29,800 bases of DNA, from NCBI GenBank assembly GCA_000934665.2, contig JYFJ02001089.1, positions 62,001 to 91,800 of the forward strand, written 5' to 3'. Under the pieces are notes generated by a model. That model made no database searches, had not been told where the DNA came from, and saw only the letters and a program-made list of their open reading frames with translations. Below are positions 9,823-29,800 of this stretch, piece after piece (the first letter of the stretch is position 1; each line of letters begins with the position of its first letter). The translations under genes were made by a program, and so were the position numbers. This DNA is from Catajapyx aquilonaris (taxonomy: Eukaryota).

Positions 9823-11595
9823 CGACTAGAAACGTGGTGTGAGCGCGTTCCTCGAATGCCCGAAACGCGGTTTTTCCCGGGGTTTTCAGACGCAATCGGG
9901 AGTGCGTGCGTTTGGGTAGTTTGTGGGTCGAGTGAGACGTGGTGCGGGTACTGGATCTTGATACCATAGTGTGGGCGATGAGGCAAATGTGCCTCGGCAT
10001 GGTCAGAGAAAGAGACGAAGGATGCATGTCAGCGCGATGCATTTCAGAAGCAGCAGCGGAGGTTGCTTCTTTTCTTTTCTTTTCAGTGCAATGGTCGAAA
10101 TACGACATACCAGGGTCTTTGGCTTGATTCGCTAAATATATCGTATAATCTACCTTATATTTAATTTCATGAAGTGCACAATATCATGCAAATCCATGCC
10201 GGGTTCGGGTGAAAATTTTAGAATTGAAAAATCCGGATATAACAGCTGAAACCGGGAAATTTAATCTCCTTTATATTTAGAAAGTAGGTCCGGAAAATTC
10301 AACGGCGCCCAAGTATTGAGCCTGACCCGAGGCTTAAGTCCCAGTTGACCCCACGTCATGAATGACGCGCATATTCTTCCAGTCTGTCGATATGCCATCA
10401 GCCCATACCCCTCTCAGCAACCCACAAAATTTTGGGTGTCTCTCGGCCTAGTTATCTGTAGGTGACATGTAGTCTATTACGTCAACAATGCCGGTTGGAA
10501 CCAGATGCCATTTATTTTTGGTGGGGTAAAATCGTTCATTTTTGGAAACCCGGAGGACCTTTTGGTGACCCGCTATTTTTGGAGTTGACGTCACTGCCTG
10601 AAAAAGGAATTTGGTTCGAACTGGTAGTATGAAATATCTTGATTTTAGGTAGCCTATTAGTCGCCCCCAATAGTCATACACGATATGTGTGGGAACATGA
10701 TTGTACTGTGAATTGGGCATTAGTCATCTGCATGATTTGGATCCATTTTTTTGCTCACGAATATTTGGCGGGTGAGATTTTTCCCAGATCAAATGAAAGG
10801 AAATTTCACAACTGGCGGGATTTTTTTTTTTTTTGCGAATCTGCGAATTTCTGAATGGCATTTTCAGTTAGTTGTCAAACATGAATATGTACGGTAACAC
10901 TCCCCAACAAAAAAGTGAATAATGATAGTCAATTGAGGAGTAATCGTGTTACATAATGAATATATGCATCATTAATTCCGTCAGCGATATGAGCTGCTGC
11001 TGTGAAAATCGATTGCACAGCATTTGAGCTTTTGTGATATTGAAATTATTTTATACAAGTATATGCACGACTAGATTTTTTTTTGTGCAAGTACTAACCG
11101 CATTAAAGCCTACCATGGTCAGCAAATTTACCCTTTAATAAGGTTCTGTTTTGTACCAATTTAACTCTTCGTACTGTAAATATATGGTAAAAGATTTACG
11201 TGCTTAGTTTTTCAATAGATGGTTCGATGGGATATCTTAGAAGAAATAGTGTGCGGTTTGGAAGGAATTTAATTAAAACACGCTTTACGACATCGAGTTA
11301 AACGTACTTGCAGCCCTGAACTTGTGAACCACACATTCAAGGTGGAATTAAAGGCAAACACGTATTTTTTAGGAGCTGATGTTACGTTGGACCTGAAAAG
11401 TTCATTGACCAATCGTACTTAAATTTAATACAATTCGGAGGAATTGGATGGATTAGTTGGTTGGAGGAAATGCTGGTTACTCAACCGGTCAATGCGCCTG
11501 TTAAACCCATTGATTAGTGAGGTTCCAGTGTACACAAAATAACAGCGACTTGTTTTGAAGCTGAGTTTGCGTTGTCCAGTATCCCGAAGCTCATG

Positions 11596-11865
11596 AACCT
11601 GTCATAGTTTTAATTTTAATGACAATCATAGATAATGGCCAGTTTTGTTAATTTTATACTCGCTTACATCTGAAAATACATTTTAAATCAATGCTGGTTG
11701 AACAATGTGCCAAAACTTCAAATAGGGCAGCATTATAATGAGGAATCATGCATGCTCGCATTTTGTAATTACATTAAAATTATTGTTCGTGAACAATATG
11801 ATACTGTGAACATTGACAATTATCTGTCATTGTCATAAAAATTGAAATTATAATTCTGACAGGTT
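11596..11865. mobile_element. Degenerate AT-rich MITE-like inverted repeat
   Basis: AACCTGTCA...ATGACAATCATAGATAAT (11596-11636) versus ATTATCTGTCATTGTCAT...TGACAGGTT (11819-11865); no clear TSD. Confidence 0.5.
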
Positions 11866-12251
11866 TCTAGCATTTTACATTGTCATTTCACTCTTTTTGT
11901 AAAGTACAAATTCTCAACGTTCGAGCTCAGATTTTCTTTCCCTGATATTGCAATTGATAGTATTTAAAAACTAAGCTTCACTTTCCATCTACGATTAATA
12001 TAGTAAGAACTACCCCCAATAAAATTGCCACGACTAGCAACAAAATCAGTCCTGGAAGAGATCATTTTTATATTTAAAAAATAATATTAGCACAATATTA
12101 ATCAGCTGACGATTCTAACTGTGCTGAAATTATAAATGGTAACTAATAACTGGTTGAAACAATCAGTGGAAATTTGTTATTTGATTTGACGCAGTGTGAC
12201 ACGTATTTCCTAAAAATAATCACATGTTGTATACTTAAATAAAATTAGCAC

Positions 12252-12257
12252 TTTATT
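12252..12257 (-). other. Candidate polyadenylation signal of Pax3/7
   Basis: Minus-strand AATAAA about 235 nt after the stop codon. Confidence 0.45.
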
Positions 12258-12489
12258 ACTGTACATAGTCTCTAAGGCTCTCCAAAAAAACTTCATGAAT
12301 TCTTTTCTGATACAATGCCAAATAGCAAGGCACTAGAGCGGTGATTAAAACTTCTTTCCTATCTATACTGTACATCATATCTAATACGAACAAGATAGTA
12401 ATGGAAGTTTGGCTACACCAAAAATGACCCCCGAGGGTCTGAGGAACTGATCGAGAACTGACTCTTTAAAACCAGGGGAAACCCAGGTT

Positions 12490-25748
<13,259 letters not shown>

Positions 25749-27347
25749 GGCTGAAGAAGCAACAGCAACACCGGCTGAAGAAAAACGGAGTTTGAGACCC
25801 GGCCTATTCCTGCGGGGACATCCTCGGCCCCATAAAGCTCTTTCACGCCGCCTCAGCTCCGGGACAGATGAATGTCAGTTTTCATGGCTCATTTGGAAAA
25901 AGGGGGGCTTTCACATATGAGCCCGTGCCCATTGGTGCTTGCCATCAAAAGGAAGGAGGAGTCAGCATGGGACCTGGGACCTCCCTTATTCTCACCTCTG
26001 GTAATACTTCCACACCATGGGTTTGCTGCTGCCTCCCTTTGCATCATCTGTGTGTGTGTGTGGGACTAGTAACTTGCTAGGGGGGACAGCCGGGGGACGG
26101 CGACAACAACCCAGAGGAGGGATGAATGGCACGTGGGTCTAGGGATGGAGGAGCCATGCCCCTCAGGCTGATCCAAATGGGAGATTTCGAAAGGATTAAC
26201 TGACCGGATCAATTATGATTAGGACCGTGTATTTGGGACTGATGGATTAGCCCACGTGTATTTTGATTCTCATATATTTTTTGACTTCCGGCCATATGAC
26301 AAAATTGAACATAAAGTGCAAAGTCAGTCAGAGATATTCAGTTGTCTTCAAAAATTAATTGAAAAATATACTAATGAGTGCAGAGTACTTCAATTCAATG
26401 AGAGAAAATGACAGTTGAATAGTCTGGCATTTTTAAATGTGTGCAAAAATTAGTCGTACAACCTACGTGGACATTGAAAAATTGAGATAGGATAATAGGG
26501 GATGAGACCAAGGAATTTTGGCAATTTATGAGAAAAGCTTTCTGAATGACCAGATCATCAACGATAAATACTTCTTCCATGCTCTTAGGAAAAACAGCCT
26601 TGTGCCAATGACTCCTGCGGCATGACCAACAGATATATCGGGCAATTTTCTTGACCTGCTCCAAGGACAAAATAATACACACGTCAGTGGCCTCGTTAAA
26701 TTCGATCTTGTGACAATTTTAATGCGAATACTGTCATGCGCAGGCAATTATTTCCTTCCCGGTAGGCAATTAGATTTCATGTAATGTGAGTTTCATTCAC
26801 TCAAATGTTTGTCGGCACATCAAGCAGACATTTCTTACCCCTGTATTTTGCACTTGTTTTGATCAAATGAATTCATGACCGGTGCCGAAACGAGTCCCTG
26901 TTGTTCGCATGTTTTCCTTTGGTGAGTGACTGCCATTGCAGACTCCTAATATCCATCAAGGATAATGATGCTTTTGGTCTATTCTTGGCAATAAAACTGC
27001 AATGAGTTGGGGAATACGAAATTTTCTTTTATTGCCTCTCCTGTTCATAGCACACCATTGCATATCTTTTTGCAGTCTATGAATGAACGTTCTTTTTTCC
27101 GCGGAAATATCATACTGCAATGGAAATATCATGGATCATGGATGTCACAACAGACACAAACAGTTTTGTACAGAGAATGGCCTATACTTTTTCATTTTGT
27201 AACATTGTCGGAGAATGCCTAACTATTTATTTTGGATAGCAACTATTTAGAGTCAGCGGCAGGTAGATATAATTATGCGCAACTAATAAAAGAGCGAGTA
27301 AAAAAATAATGTGTAGTATGCTGGAAAGTTAAATTATTCTGTTTAGA

Positions 27348-28013
27348 TTACTTGGTTGAGCGCACTTGCTCGCATACAAAACTGTATTTGCGAATCGAAG
27401 GGTCGACTACGCAGTCATCATCATTCCAAAGGTACTGATTCGTGGGTGACAAAGATAGGCAATTTTGGTCTTCTCCACCATCCGGTTGGCCTGGAGCCCA
27501 GTCAAAATAACCAACAGCTTCCATAGTGTACTCCCAAAACCAGCGCCCTTCGTGGCCATAGTCATAGCCACCTATGTAGTAGTTGTTTGCTAGTCTGGCT
27601 ACAATGGAAATATTATGCAATATTTAACTCATAACTGAAACTAACTGTGGAACTTTACCATGTTTTAGAAATCCTCTTATAGTGGCACTTTCCATAGGGG
27701 TATTAATTGCAAGCAGGTGTCCACCAATAGCTCGGCAATATTCTGCGGCTTCCCACCAGTTGACTGTGTTATTGTCACTAGTCGGAGACCATTCTGGGAC
27801 GAAGTAACATCCTATTTTCATGTCTACGTAAAGGCTTCCACACTCTGGAAATTATGAATGAAACGGAAAGTATAACTACGTATATAAGTGATATTTTTTT
27901 CATTTGGCATATTATGTGAGTTTAGTTCATTTTGGCGTACCTTGAGATAATATTGCAGGAGTGGTAGCTGATATCATGAAAAGCACAGCAAGTGTTCCTG
28001 TACTCTTCGTCAT
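27348..28013 (-). CDS. Secreted single-domain C-type lectin (QPD/WND, galactose-type motif), 169 aa
   Basis: Exons 28013-27941 (signal-peptide-like MTKSTGTLAVLFMISATTPAILSQ), 27844-27659 (GCYF...NWWEAAEYCRAIGGHLLAINT), 27598-27348 (YYIGG...EGRWFW...WAPGQPD...NCL...WNDDDC...FVCE). Both introns are phase 1 GT-AG; AATAAA at 27226-27231. Confidence 0.9.
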
Positions 28014-28484
28014 GTTGGACATTTGTTGCGGTGGAAGACAAACACTTGTGCCTTTTGTGCTTGACACAAACCTTATAGTACACTGTGCTATGGGTATATA
28101 CGTAACATTATGTTGTCGCTCTTAATCACGGTCGAAATGCCAAATTGTCAGGAAGTCTTAATAACCGCGGAAACCACACTTCCGTATAGGAGAGCCTGAT
28201 ATAAGGTTGTTTCTATCAGTATAGGATCAGTCAAGAAGTGCTGTGCAGTACTTGCATTATAAATCAAATTTCGGATTTTCTACATCTTGAAAATGAGTTT
28301 TTATAACATTTGAGATACCGGTATATCATTATTTGAATGCTTGAGTAGTATGTTAATAACTCTCCTGGATATTATTAAGAAACTGACGTAGCACGAGAGC
28401 ATAACACCAAGGAGTTTGGGCCATTTGTGAGAAAAAACTACGGGGATTACCAGACCGCCAACGATAATTACTGCCACATCACTA

Positions 28485-29208
28485 TAGAGTCCGGATTTTT
28501 AGGCACGAAAAAAACCCGAAATAGACACAAAAGAAACTGAAATAGGCACAAAAATGTTACTTTTTCGGGAGTATGGAGGATAATGTTACAGAAAATAAAA
28601 TGCTAGAATAATTTTATAGGAATAAAGTATAAAAATAAGGTCACAAACCATTAGCAAAAACCGAATGAGAATGATAAACTGACAGGAAATCACGAAACCT
28701 GGGCAAAAGACACAAAGTTCAAGCAAGTATCACTTGCTCTGGACTCTACCGCATATAGCCAGCTTTCACGTATGCACAATATGCTGCCAAATATTTTTAT
28801 AAATTTTCCTCTGTATGGAACAATCAGAAGAAAATTTAGAAAAATATTTGGCATACGCGTCACAGAAACACTATTTGCATCTATTACTTCTGAAAGATTT
28901 TGGTCCTTTCAGGAGCACAAAAATTACTCCGCAAAAAAACCAAACATGGCTCTGAAGAAATAGGCCCAAAAAGTCCCGAAATTGCTTAAAAAGTTCAAAA
29001 ACTATCCCAAAAAAGGTAAAATAGGCATGAAAAGTTGCAAAAAGTCAGAATAGGCAAAATAGTTCCCAAAACCACGAAATAGGCAATTTTAGACAATATA
29101 ACCTACACTTTCCACATCCTGCACTTATGAAACGGATAGATCTCTTCACAAAACCATCCCAACTGTTAAAGGAACTAAATAGGCATTTGCCTAAAAATCC
29201 GGACTCGA
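28485..29208. mobile_element. Non-autonomous hAT-like DNA transposon (724 bp)
   Basis: 21-bp TIRs TAGAGTCCGGATTTTTAGGCA (28485-28505) and TGCCTAAAAATCCGGACTCGA (29188-29208), one mismatch. 8-bp duplication CACATCAC at 28475-28482 and 29209-29216. Repeated internal AATAGGC motifs; no transposase ORF. Confidence 0.85.
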
Positions 29209-29800
29209 CACATCACAGAGCAGCAAGCGGTAAATAATCTGCATCCATTGCTCCTGTTATAAGGGAAAAAAAAACTTGTGTCTCTAATATGAGGGTGATC
29301 AATGACTTTTCTTATTTGAGTGACTGCTGTTGCACCCTTCTGTCGTCCTTCAAGGAAAATGATGCTTTAGGTAGATGCTTAGTAATAAAACTGAAAGGAG
29401 TTGGGGATTTGTAAAATACTTTTGTTGGCCCTCCAGTTCATGTAATAGTTTGGAATTACATGCCCATAAGTGGGTAAATAGTGACAAAACCTGCAATTTC
29501 ATGTCCCAGCTAATTTTTGGACTTGATATAACATCTGAAAACCAGATAACATGCAATGAAATAAGATTGCAACTTGCGGAATACGGGGCACATAACAAAT
29601 AACGGCATGTAATTAGTGAATCTCATTTACAACAAAGATCAACAAGATTGACATCAAAACCATGCGAACTTCAGTACACATTAGTGCGATATTTGCTGAA
29701 CGCTTTGAAAATAAAGTGCAATACTTTATCCCATACCAGCAGGTGCATTCATCCACCACGGTTCCACTAACCCTCCTAAAAGAGCGGAATATGGGCCAGG

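Noticed and set aside
9635..10127. 157-aa minus ORF and overlapping ORFs
   Set aside because: Runs through the repeat cassette; no transposase or other motif.
10198..10332. CGGGT/ACCCG motifs suggestive of a hAT MITE relic
   Set aside because: No definable TIR pair or TSD.

Overview
Intron-rich animal (most likely arthropod) nuclear DNA; many introns are short GT-AG introns of 54-122 nt. Three spliced protein-coding genes lie on the minus strand: (1) a tyrosine decarboxylase (Tdc2-like, about 675 aa, 10 coding exons, 8191-4583), with a TATA/Inr/CRE promoter and a possible alternative short C-terminus; (2) a Pax3/7 (gooseberry/gooseberry-neuro-like) gene with paired domain, octapeptide and S50 homeodomain (about 443 aa, 7 exons, 25748-12490); (3) a secreted single-domain QPD-type C-type lectin (169 aa, 3 exons, 28013-27348). 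Non-coding DNA holds several non-autonomous DNA-transposon relics: two TA-flanked fold-back MITEs in Pax intron 1, a hAT-like element with an 8-bp TSD, a degenerate MITE, and an unusual direct-repeat/inverted-repeat cassette carrying CRE motifs upstream of Tdc. A two-exon plus-strand fragment at 3752-4171 resembles a decayed FAM69/DIPK1 N-terminus, with TGA at an expected Cys position. Exon models were derived by hand from splice signals and reading-frame continuity; family assignments rest on remembered motifs, not database searches. No CRISPR array, rRNA or tRNA was seen, and I found no convincing wholly new system; the leads are regulatory, isoform-level and transposon-related.
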